Shown: positions 1 to 8,000, numbered from the stretch's first letter. The stretch: DNA of 22,227 bases from an uncultured Verrucomicrobiae bacterium (GCA_963818965.1 CAWFUG010000004.1:1-22227), one strand, 5' to 3'. Notes: a model not told the origin generated them from the letters alone. A program made the numbers and translations.

Positions 1-2
1 AG

Positions 3-86
3 TCGATGAAAGGCAAAAAAGTGGGAGAAACATTTACATTTCAAGGCGAAGAGTATACGATTACGGGAATCAAGAGCTTCCTTTAA
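3..86 (+). CDS. greA: 3' end of GreA/GreB-family transcription elongation factor (partial, runs off the window start)
   Basis: Manual translation SMKGKKVGETFTFQGEEYTITGIKSFL* matches the GreA C-terminal 'GKKVGD...Y.I..I' pattern, in the form I recall from long chlamydial GreA proteins. Confidence 0.75.
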   Translation, partial: SMKGKKVGETFTFQGEEYTITGIKSFL

Positions 87-97
87 GGACAACCCTT

Positions 98-722
98 ATG
101 AAACAGATCCTCATCATCGCCAGCAAAAATGTGCACAAAATCCGGGAATTTCGCTCGATGCTCAAGAAATTCCCCACCCCTGATCTCCTTACCCTCAACG
201 ATTTTCCCACCTATTCACCCCCTGGAGAAACGGGAGCCTCTTTTGAAGAAAATGCCATCTCTCAAAGCAACCCATGCGCGGCAAAAGAGTTGCAGCACTG
301 GGCGATTGCCGACGACTCCCGCCCTCGTCGTCCCCGCATTAAAAGGCGCACCCGGCATCTTCTCACAACGCTATGCAGGAGCCAACGCCTCCGATAAAGA
401 AAATCGCAAAAAGCTCCTCGCCGATATGCAACATATCGAAGAACCCCATCGACAAGCCTATCTTCAAGTGCTGGATCGCCCTCGCCACCCCAGAAGGACT
501 ATAAAAGACGACAAAAGGCGTTTCTGAAGGTAAGTCATTACAGAAAAAGAAAGGGGAAGCCTCGGCTTTGGCTACTATAGCATTTTCATTAAGTACGAAT
601 ACGGAAAGACATTTGCCGAACTCGAAGAAGAGACAAAAAACCGCATCTCCCACCGCTGAAAAGCGTGAGACAAAATCAGCCCTTTCCTAGAATCGATGCT
701 CGAAAAAGAATGTCTTATTTGA
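98..722 (+). CDS. rdgB: RdgB/HAM1 non-canonical purine NTP pyrophosphatase (frameshifts and stops here are probably sequencing errors)
   Basis: Motifs lie across several frames: [57 protein letters not shown]. The mirror copy (22129-22227) reads intact [25 protein letters not shown] where this arm has stops. Confidence 0.93.
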
Positions 723-735
723 GTGCCGTATTTGA

Positions 736-1236
736 ATGGATTATCGAGCGATGGCGATAATCTCCTATTTCGATTCCTAAAAGCGAATCCTCTGGAAAAG
801 ACGCGCCAAGCAATGATAGAAGAGCTCAACACAGCTGTTTCTGAATTAAATCTCTCCGTGACCCTCGTCTTCGATCGGGGGAAAAGATTCCCTCCCACCC
901 ACTCTAAGACACCACTTCAAAGCAATCGAGCCCGTCTACACCACAGGCGACGCATCTGCAGATCACTACATCCTCGAAACCGTCCAAGAGGCCCACCAGC
1001 CCAAAAATCTGACCATCATCACCAACGACCGCGAACTCTCCTCCCGCTGCAAACGAGAAGGTGCCGCAATCCTCCCCATCGACACCTTCATCGCCTTCCT
1101 CACCCACAAACGCCAAAAGAAAATCAAAAGAACTCCCCGCCCCGACTTTCCCTTTGCCGACTCGCAAAAAGAACTAAAGCGCCTTCTTACTCTCTTCGAA
1201 GAGCGCCTCAAAGAACACGAGGAGGACCTTTTCTAA
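736..1236 (+). CDS. YacP/Rae1-like NYN-domain ribonuclease (indel errors in this copy)
   Basis: The two-arm consensus reads MHYLVDGYNLLF...TLVFDG...SADHYILE...IITNDREL, the conserved PIN/NYN acidic motifs (DGYN, VFDG, AD, T.D.EL). Confidence 0.85.
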
Positions 1237-1590
1237 ATGAAATGCAAAGCCTTCATCCCTCTTATTTTTCTCATCTCTTCTCTTTCCGCCACAGATCTTA
1301 CATCCCAAAGCTACCTCTACGACAATGAAGGAGAGCCCCGCTTCATCAAGATCTACATAGACTCACCCACCCCCCGCAACAAACGCCGCACCACGTCCCT
1401 TCAAGCCGGCCTCCAGCAGATTTTAAACCGCATGGCCCAAGAAGACCCAACCGGCCGCTACATCGTAGTCCCCCTCAAGAAGAAAAAGGGCAAAGACACA
1501 GACGAAAGCGTATGGGAATGTCCCTACTGCGGCAAGTCGAACCACGCCTTCGAAAACAGATGCACGAAAAAAAGCTGCTCCCTACACTGA
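1237..1590 (+). CDS. Small exported protein with C-terminal RanBP2-like zinc finger
   Basis: 117 aa ORF directly abutting the upstream stop. It has an N-terminal signal-peptide-like segment (MKCKAFIPLIFLISSLSA) and ends in WECPYCGKSNHAFENRCTKKSC. Confidence 0.8.
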   Translation: MKCKAFIPLIFLISSLSATDLTSQSYLYDNEGEPRFIKIYIDSPTPRNKRRTTSLQAGLQQILNRMAQEDPTGRYIVVPLKKKKGKDTDESVWECPYCGKSNHAFENRCTKKSCSLH

Positions 1591-1597
1591 TTCCCTC

Positions 1598-1674
1598 TAT
1601 ACCCAAGTGGACTTAAAAGTTGGGTATATGCTGAATTTTGTTCGCGCGTTAGCCCTGTAAGAAGCTTGGGTATA
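1598..1674. repeat. Short MITE/ERIC-like element with TATACCCAAG...CTTGGGTATA terminal inverted repeats
   Basis: Perfect 10-bp inverted termini 77 bp apart, with an internal TTGGGTATA at 1620-1628. A 16-bp exact reverse-complement copy of the left end lies at 6828-6843. Confidence 0.5.
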
Positions 1675-1754
1675 CACTCATTTTTTATATTCACATTGCC
1701 ATAAAATTTTTCTCTGTTATAGGATGCTGCAGCAAAACTAAGGAGGCTTTTTTT

Positions 1755-3210
1755 ATGATGAATCGCACTCGTTTTACATCCCTGTCGACCGCTGGAGTCT
1801 TACTTTTCCATAGCATTTTAGGAATCTCTTCCGAAATTACTCCTGTCACACCAGAAGAAATTGAATCATACGTTGCTGCCACAATGCAGGACATCCAAAC
1901 TTCCTATGAAGAAATCATGAATATCCCCACGAACAAAAAGACATTCGCGAACACCTTAAGAGCTTGGGTTCAACTGAAAAAGGCATGGGGAAAATGCCAT
2001 GGAGACCCTGTATCCTTGCAAAAATACTCTGCCGATTATCGATCTCGATTACAAAACCCAAAAAGACATTTTTCAGAATGCGGACTTACAAGATGCTGTA
2101 ATGTTATACGCATTTAATCCATCGGATGAGGAAACATTGGATTTTCACCAACGCTATATCTTGCAGTATCTTCAAGATCAATCACCACACTGCAACCCTA
2201 TCTACGTGCATCTCACGGGTTCTACTGAGAATAAAAGTGCCAGAGATAAGCCACTTTCCCTTCTCAATCTAACCCCAAATGATAGTGCAATAGTTTCTAT
2301 GGAAAGTCTTTTAGATAAAATCCTGAATGCTGACGCAGATATCGTGTGCCTAGAGGAACGCATTGACATCGATAGGGTGGACGATTTCTATCAGGGTCTT
2401 AAAGCGCGTTACGCTCATTTTTATACGAGAATAGATGTGGGTGGATTCCGCTTCTCAGATACCGCCGTGGGATTCTTGATCGCCAGCAAATATCCTATTG
2501 AACAGCCCAGATATACCTCATTTGGAGATTCAGATAGCGAAGATGGCTTTATCGATTTTATTGTCAAAGATGGGGGAACTCCTCTAGGGCATGTGTATGC
2601 GGCTCAACTGGAATCGCTAGATGCTAAAGGGCCGACCTTCTTGAGAGTTGCTCAGCTCCATCAAATTCTAAAAGCCATGGATTTAGAATATCGGGGAGAA
2701 ATCCCTTTTCTTCTCTGTGGAGATCTAGGAATCACGAAACAGTCAAATCAAGAAGAACAAGCCATCCTAAATTCTTATTTTTCTACCGGACAGGAGGAAA
2801 ATGCAGATGAACCTAGCGCGCTACTTCTATGCTTCCCTACCTCGAGCTCTCATTTCCAGATCCACACTTCTCCTCTATCTTTATCGGATCATCACAACGC
2901 TTCACTGAGTATCATTGGATTCCCAAAAGAGCAACAAGCGTCTGTCTTCAAGACAAACAAAAGAGTGTTATTTGATGAAAAAATGATCATCTTCTGTGAA
3001 GCAGGCGAAGGAAATGATAAATCTTGGGTCGATGTTTCTGCAGGTGCATCGAGCGATGACTATGGAAATGAAAGTGCCTGGGGAGGCGGTAGCTATACAT
3101 TCCCCAATGGGGCTGAAGTTTCTGTCAGAGGTAAGGTGTCAAAAGATGCGAGTGGAAATACCTCTCGGGGTGTTGAAGGTCACTTAAGTTTTCCCATAGG
3201 AGGAAGGTGA
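1755..3210 (+). CDS. Exported multidomain protein (~484 aa): helical N-terminal region, degenerate EEP (endonuclease/exonuclease/phosphatase) domain, Gly/Ser-rich C-terminal tail
   Basis: AAGGAGG lies upstream. ORFs 1755..2117 and 1999..3210 join: the mirror arm reads KKAWENAMETLYP through the junction, so the extra G near 1988 is an error. EEP motifs are ADIVCLEE, IASKYPI, LLCGDL and LSDH. Confidence 0.8.
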
Positions 3211-4088
3211 AAATAAAAAACATCATTATTAGTTCAGCACTTCTCCTTTTTATAGGAATTGGACTCTTTATAGGGAAAACTTTTTATTCCAAGCAACGGT
3301 ATGTCCGTATGTTTGTGACATTCGGACGTACCGAACTGCCGTGCGTTGATATTCATATTCAAGGAAAAACCTATTCCGTACTTGTCAATTTGAGCAGCTG
3401 TGTTCCGCTCACCCTCAGTAAAGATGTTTTATCATCCATCCACAAAGAAACTTGCGAACCTACCCTATTCCAAGATTCCGAAGGAAATAAAATCGAATCT
3501 TCCACCTTTTTGGTCTCAGAAGTCAAAATGGGAGATCTCACTTTTAAGGATGTTAGAATCGCAGAGGGGGGTGAAAAGTTGAAGATGGGCCAGCGAGTGG
3601 GCGAAATAGGATTGCCCTTATTAAAACAAAATAATTTAGTACTCGACTTCCCCCATTCTACAATCATCGCCTGTAACCATAGGAAAAAACTTAAAGAAAT
3701 CGGTTACTCCGTTGAAGAGATGATTCCAGTTCCTTTCGAAATCGTAGAGCGCGCAGGAGGGATTCTCCTCCCTGTCCTCACTGATTTGGGCGCCGTAAAA
3801 CTCGCTCTGAGTACGGGGATGACTCTGAACCTCATCAGGTCATCCCTTCTCCAAGAAAACGGTGCGCAAAGACCTATGACTATCGAGATGGATGGAAAGA
3901 ATTGGGACCAATTACAGAGCGCCGCCTTTATCATCGGCGGGGAAAATTGGGGGAGTCAAAATCTCTACCTTCAGGATTTCCCCTCTGATCTGCGAGAATT
4001 TAATGGTGTCATCGGGATGGATTTTTTGAGTAAACATATTCTCTATCTCGACTTCGAAAATCAAAAGGTTTACATCGATCGTGATTAA
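3207..4088 (+). CDS. Two-domain retropepsin-like aspartic protease homologue, probably inactive, with N-terminal membrane anchor
   Basis: GTG start with AGGAGG overlaps the upstream stop. The retropepsin scaffold is present (GEIGLPLL, GVIGMDFLSKHILYLDF), but the catalytic motifs read VLVNLSS and LALSTG. Both arms are identical. Confidence 0.85.
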   Translation: MKIKNIIISSALLLFIGIGLFIGKTFYSKQRYVRMFVTFGRTELPCVDIHIQGKTYSVLVNLSSCVPLTLSKDVLSSIHKETCEPTLFQDSEGNKIESSTFLVSEVKMGDLTFKDVRIAEGGEKLKMGQRVGEIGLPLLKQNNLVLDFPHSTIIACNHRKKLKEIGYSVEEMIPVPFEIVERAGGILLPVLTDLGAVKLALSTGMTLNLIRSSLLQENGAQRPMTIEMDGKNWDQLQSAAFIIGGENWGSQNLYLQDFPSDLREFNGVIGMDFLSKHILYLDFENQKVYIDRD

Positions 4089-4992
4089 AAGACTGATCCT
4101 TTTTTCGCTTCTCCTCCTGGGCAGCACCAGTTTCTTCTGTTTCAATCACCCGGCTAGCCAAACCATCCCCGTATCATTTGATCTGCTTAATCTACCTGTA
4201 ATCAATATACAAATTGAGGAGGACTCCTATTCTTTAGTTCTCGATCTCGGCGCTGGTAACCATATGAGCTTAGATGATGAGATTTTGCAGAAGATACAAA
4301 AGCGTCCTTATGGAGTAGTTCGATTTAAAGACCTAAAAGGCAATAACTATAAATCAGAAAATTATTTGATTCCTCAAATCAAAATCGGTAACGTCCGTTT
4401 TGCTGAGGTCCTTGCCCAATCAGAAAACGATGCCTTTAATCATAACACCATTTTACGAAGAGGACAGCACCTCTCCTCCCAAATGGGATCTATTGGAAGG
4501 GCTTTGCCCAGCGGACAGCCCCCCCACCAAAAAATGGGGTCTATTGGAAGGCCTTTGCTCAAACGATATAATTTGCTTTTAGACTTTCCTCATTCCAGCA
4601 TCGCCCTTGTCGAGCGCCCTACTAAAAAAGCAGCACAGTTTACTCAGCAAATGCATGTCGTTCCGTTTGAGATGACCCCCTCGGGGATCACCATAAAAAT
4701 TACAACCGATCTCGGCGAAAAAAAATTTCTAATCGATACCGGTACTTCTTGGAATCTCGTGAGATCTTCTCTATATGATTTAGAAAAAGATCACAAAAAC
4801 TCGTCCAATCTCGATTATTTTTCGACTCCTTTCTTTGAGATCGAAGGGAAAAATTTTGGCCCCACAACTTTACATCTTTTAGATATTTCCCCCGACATAG
4901 AGGACTTCGATGGAATTCTTGGGATGACTTTCCTCCGTCGCCATACGGTGTATATCGATTTCCCAAAAAGATTACTCCACATCTCTGAATGA
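4081..4992 (+). CDS. Two-domain retropepsin-like aspartic protease with N-terminal signal/anchor
   Basis: Catalytic motifs LVLDLGA and FLIDTGTS, partner motifs GSIGRPLL and DGILGMTFL. Overlaps the upstream gene by 8 nt. Confidence 0.9.
   Translation: MIKRLILFSLLLLGSTSFFCFNHPASQTIPVSFDLLNLPVINIQIEEDSYSLVLDLGAGNHMSLDDEILQKIQKRPYGVVRFKDLKGNNYKSENYLIPQIKIGNVRFAEVLAQSENDAFNHNTILRRGQHLSSQMGSIGRALPSGQPPHQKMGSIGRPLLKRYNLLLDFPHSSIALVERPTKKAAQFTQQMHVVPFEMTPSGITIKITTDLGEKKFLIDTGTSWNLVRSSLYDLEKDHKNSSNLDYFSTPFFEIEGKNFGPTTLHLLDISPDIEDFDGILGMTFLRRHTVYIDFPKRLLHISE
4462..4563 (+). repeat. Diverged in-frame 51-bp tandem duplication inside the protease gene
   Basis: The units encode GQHLSSQMGSIGRALPS and GQPPHQKMGSIGRPLLK. 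GGACAGC starts at 4462 and 4513. Present in both arms. Confidence 0.85.
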
Positions 4993-5059
4993 GACGGCAC
5001 ATTGACTTTTTTTGCTCCTGAGGGCACCCTCTTCGCTGAAAAATGTTTCGAGGACTCCT

Positions 5060-5926
5060 ATGCTAATTGCACAAATTTCAGATACGCATATCGTGGCCAA
5101 ACACAAGCATTGGCTGGATCAGCCCCGTACACAAATTAATCGGCGGCTTTCCCAAGTCATCGAGTATCTCAATGCCCTCGATCCTGCTCCAGATGTCGTC
5201 CTTCTTACAGGAGATTTAACGGATGAAGGAGACACGTCTGCATACCATTACTTAAGAGAATTGATTAGCCCTCTCAAGATCCCCCTGTATGTTGTTCCCG
5301 GCAATCACGACTTACGAGAAGAAATGCGCTCCGCATTTATCGATGAGTCTTATATGCCTAAGCAGCGGTTCATTCATTATGCAATAGAGGATTATCCCGT
5401 ACGGTTGATCGGCCTGGATACTCTCGTAGAAGGGAAGTCTTCTGGAGAACTATGCGAAGAACGGTTTTTCTGGCTCGAGGAAACTCTGAAATCAGCACCT
5501 GAAAAACCCACGCTAATTTTCATGCACCACCCTCCCATCAAGACGGGATTTAAATTATTCGATAATATCATCTGTTCAGCTCCTCCTAAATTTGAAATGC
5601 TCATGAGAGAACATAAAAACCTTTTAGGAATTATCTCAGGCCATTACCACCATCTTTGTATGAGCTCATTTGGCGGCAAGCCCTGTTTTATCGCTCCCAG
5701 CGTAGCACCTGTGCATCATATCGCTCATCCCGATGATGATTGTGTTACAGCCCTAGAACTCGAAGACCCAGCTATTACTCTGCATTTGTATCAGGAAGGA
5801 AATCCATTGCTCAGTCATGTGAAACGAATTAAAGAAAAATACGATCGCATCGATTGGAAAATAATCAAACAGAGGCGTGTTGCACAAGAGCTAATTGAAA
5901 AAACAGATGAGTTATTAAAAACTTAA
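5060..5926 (+). CDS. cpdA: Calcineurin-like metallophosphoesterase, CpdA/Icc/GpdQ-type phosphodiesterase
   Basis: All five metal-binding motifs are present: QISDTH, LTGDL, PGNHD, MHHPP, GHYH. The ATG at 5060 follows GAGGA and is preferred to the TTG at 5012. Substrate cannot be determined from sequence. Confidence 0.88.
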   Translation: MLIAQISDTHIVAKHKHWLDQPRTQINRRLSQVIEYLNALDPAPDVVLLTGDLTDEGDTSAYHYLRELISPLKIPLYVVPGNHDLREEMRSAFIDESYMPKQRFIHYAIEDYPVRLIGLDTLVEGKSSGELCEERFFWLEETLKSAPEKPTLIFMHHPPIKTGFKLFDNIICSAPPKFEMLMREHKNLLGIISGHYHHLCMSSFGGKPCFIAPSVAPVHHIAHPDDDCVTALELEDPAITLHLYQEGNPLLSHVKRIKEKYDRIDWKIIKQRRVAQELIEKTDELLKT

Positions 5927-6807
5927 ACAGCCGTTTCAAGAAAGTGACGATTAAACTGGTAAATGCGCGCATGGGAACTGTTCCATGTGCCACGCTTGAC
6001 CGTAAAACCAACGGTTGCAATTGCTTTACTCAGACGTAAGAGAGGCATCATCGCCTCATAATCAGGGACAGGCCGAATACTCGCATAGCCCGCAACAAAA
6101 GCTTTTCTACTCTTAGGATCGATCAGCCACTCCCCGTGCTCCATAGGGACAAAATCTTCTTGAGCAAAGCCCGCGCGAGCAGATGCCCAATCGATGATTC
6201 CCTGGAGTTTTCCTTCATAGACGATCATATTGCCGGGTCTAAAATCGCGATGCACGATGCAAGGGCCATCGCCTAAAACTAAAAGATGCACATGTGCATC
6301 ATAATAGCGACGGCAGCGTTCCACAAGCGCTTTGGGCAAATGCCCGCGACACTCCTCAAGACCCTCTTCAAATTTCAAGGTGTAATCGATGCGTGGGTCT
6401 GCATTTAATTTCTTTGGCTCTATTAAATCGCCGTAACCAACAACTCGGTTGAGGTGAAGGGTTGCAAGCAATGCTCCCAATTCCTGAGCCAATGAAATGT
6501 CGATCTCTGAGACCTTAGCCAATGACCCAGGGAGGTATTCCATCAAGATCGCGCCATGGATCTTTTCTTCCGGTGGCACGACCTGGATGATTTGTGGCAC
6601 TGGAAGTACAGCATTCAAGTATGTTAGACAATACACCTCGCGCAAATAATCTTTGCTGCGTGCGCTTATCTTTAAAATGAGCTGTGTCCCATTGGGCAGG
6701 GCAACTCGATAAACAACAGCCACCATCGCCTCTTCATGATCGATCCGTGAAAAGGTCGTATCTTGAAGATTAAGGCGTTCTTTATACAAAGACAGAAAAT
6801 CATCCAT
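5923..6807 (-). CDS. Aminoglycoside phosphotransferase / choline kinase-like (APH family) kinase
   Basis: ILKI, ILMEYLPG, Brenner-type motif VHRDFRPGN, GIIDW. The start is uncertain (ATG 6807 vs GTG 6834). Confidence 0.88.
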   Translation of the reverse strand: MDDFLSLYKERLNLQDTTFSRIDHEEAMVAVVYRVALPNGTQLILKISARSKDYLREVYCLTYLNAVLPVPQIIQVVPPEEKIHGAILMEYLPGSLAKVSEIDISLAQELGALLATLHLNRVVGYGDLIEPKKLNADPRIDYTLKFEEGLEECRGHLPKALVERCRRYYDAHVHLLVLGDGPCIVHRDFRPGNMIVYEGKLQGIIDWASARAGFAQEDFVPMEHGEWLIDPKSRKAFVAGYASIRPVPDYEAMMPLLRLSKAIATVGFTVKRGTWNSSHARIYQFNRHFLETAV

Positions 6808-6843
6808 GCATTGCCTTTCCAAATTTGAGTCCACTTGGGTATA

Positions 6844-6873
6844 TAGACAAAAAGAAATACCTCATGCTACAAT
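6844..6873 (+). promoter_or_regulatory. Candidate sigma70/sigma66 promoter for the 6895 gene
   Basis: TAGACA-N18-TACAAT with an extended -10 TGn, in the AT-rich divergent intergenic region. Confidence 0.4.
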
Positions 6874-6894
6874 ATATGCTATTTAACATTAATA

Positions 6895-7704
6895 ATGGTT
6901 GTTTTTATGGCTTTCTATTTACCCCCAGTAGATTACGCTCCCCCTCAACAAGGCTACGTGAATATTATCTTTGTCAGTAGCGCTACTGCCGCAAAACCTG
7001 CGTTACCAGAAGGAGTCGCTCTCTCTTCTGAAGATGATACAAAATTTTTAATGGGGACCGATGATTATCCCTTAAGCGAACAGGGGCAAATTGAGGCTGC
7101 ACGTTTCAGAGATGCCATTAACAGCGTTTCAGAACTCAGCATCGCGCGCATCTACAGTTCCTCCCTGCTAAAATCACGCGAAACAGCACAACCACTGGCG
7201 ATGAGCAGAGATCTCGAGATCATTGTCGATGATCGGCTCAAGGAGATAAGCAAAGGGGCCATTCAGAGCAGCTACAAAAGCGCCTACAGCGCCAACGAAC
7301 AATACCAAAAATACAAAAAGCTCACCGTTCAGGAGCAGTATTTTGAACCGATGGGAGAAGGCGGGGAAACAAAAGAGCATTGCACCAAGCAGATGATTGG
7401 ATTTCTCAATGATCTCTGCAAAGACTCCAGTCTCAATGGAAAAACGATAGTAGTCTTTACTCACGGAACACCTCTTAAAGTGCTCTATACCCTGAGCATG
7501 GAAGAGAATAGAGAAGCGATCACTCATCCTGAAAATTTAAGAGAATATCTCCACAAATTCCTTCCTCTAGATGACCCGAAAAAATGCGAAGCGATCCAGT
7601 ATCAGCTCAACATAGAGAACGAACCCGCATTGACGTTTAACGCCAAGCTTCAATTTAATGAAACGGGAATTACAACTGCAAATTACCCTCGGTTAAAAAA
7701 ATAA
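6895..7704 (+). CDS. Histidine phosphatase (PGAM) superfamily homologue lacking the RHG catalytic motif
   Basis: D.PLSEQG..EA, IYSSSLLKSRETA, DDRLKE, GE, VVFTHG are present, but IIFVSSA sits where LxxxRHG is expected. Confidence 0.85.
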   Translation: MVVFMAFYLPPVDYAPPQQGYVNIIFVSSATAAKPALPEGVALSSEDDTKFLMGTDDYPLSEQGQIEAARFRDAINSVSELSIARIYSSSLLKSRETAQPLAMSRDLEIIVDDRLKEISKGAIQSSYKSAYSANEQYQKYKKLTVQEQYFEPMGEGGETKEHCTKQMIGFLNDLCKDSSLNGKTIVVFTHGTPLKVLYTLSMEENREAITHPENLREYLHKFLPLDDPKKCEAIQYQLNIENEPALTFNAKLQFNETGITTANYPRLKK

Positions 7705-7709
7705 CATCC

Positions 7710-7991
7710 CTACAAGATCTCGAACGCATGCAATTGCGTCTCCTGAGGTGCAAAAGAGACGGAGATCTCCTGAATGGAATCTTTGGGAAAAGCCTCAGAT
7801 AATCGCGTCAAAAAGAGTTGCAACGTCTCCCGAGCGCCTTGAGCGCAAATCGCTACGGTCCCATCGGAAAGATTGCGGACAGTGCCGACGAGATGGAGCG
7901 CATCTGCCAATCGCTTCGTCGTAGCGCGAAAACCCACTTTCTGCACTCTTCCGCTCACCACTGCATGGAGTTCCCAGTTTTTACTCATCAT
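7710..7991 (-). CDS. acyP: Acylphosphatase
   Basis: VSGRVQKVGFR and GTVRNLSDGTV signature motifs, 93 aa. Confidence 0.93.
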   Translation of the reverse strand: MMSKNWELHAVVSGRVQKVGFRATTKRLADALHLVGTVRNLSDGTVAICAQGARETLQLFLTRLSEAFPKDSIQEISVSFAPQETQLHAFEIL

Positions 7992-8000
7992 CGTTAGAGG

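Noticed and set aside
98..722. rdgB as a true pseudogene
   Set aside because: Where the mirror arm covers it, the stops vanish. All family motifs are recognisable, and the region is error-dense.
5923..6834. Aminoglycoside resistance gene
   Set aside because: Only the generic APH/choline-kinase superfamily motifs are visible, and nothing identifies a characterised aph allele.
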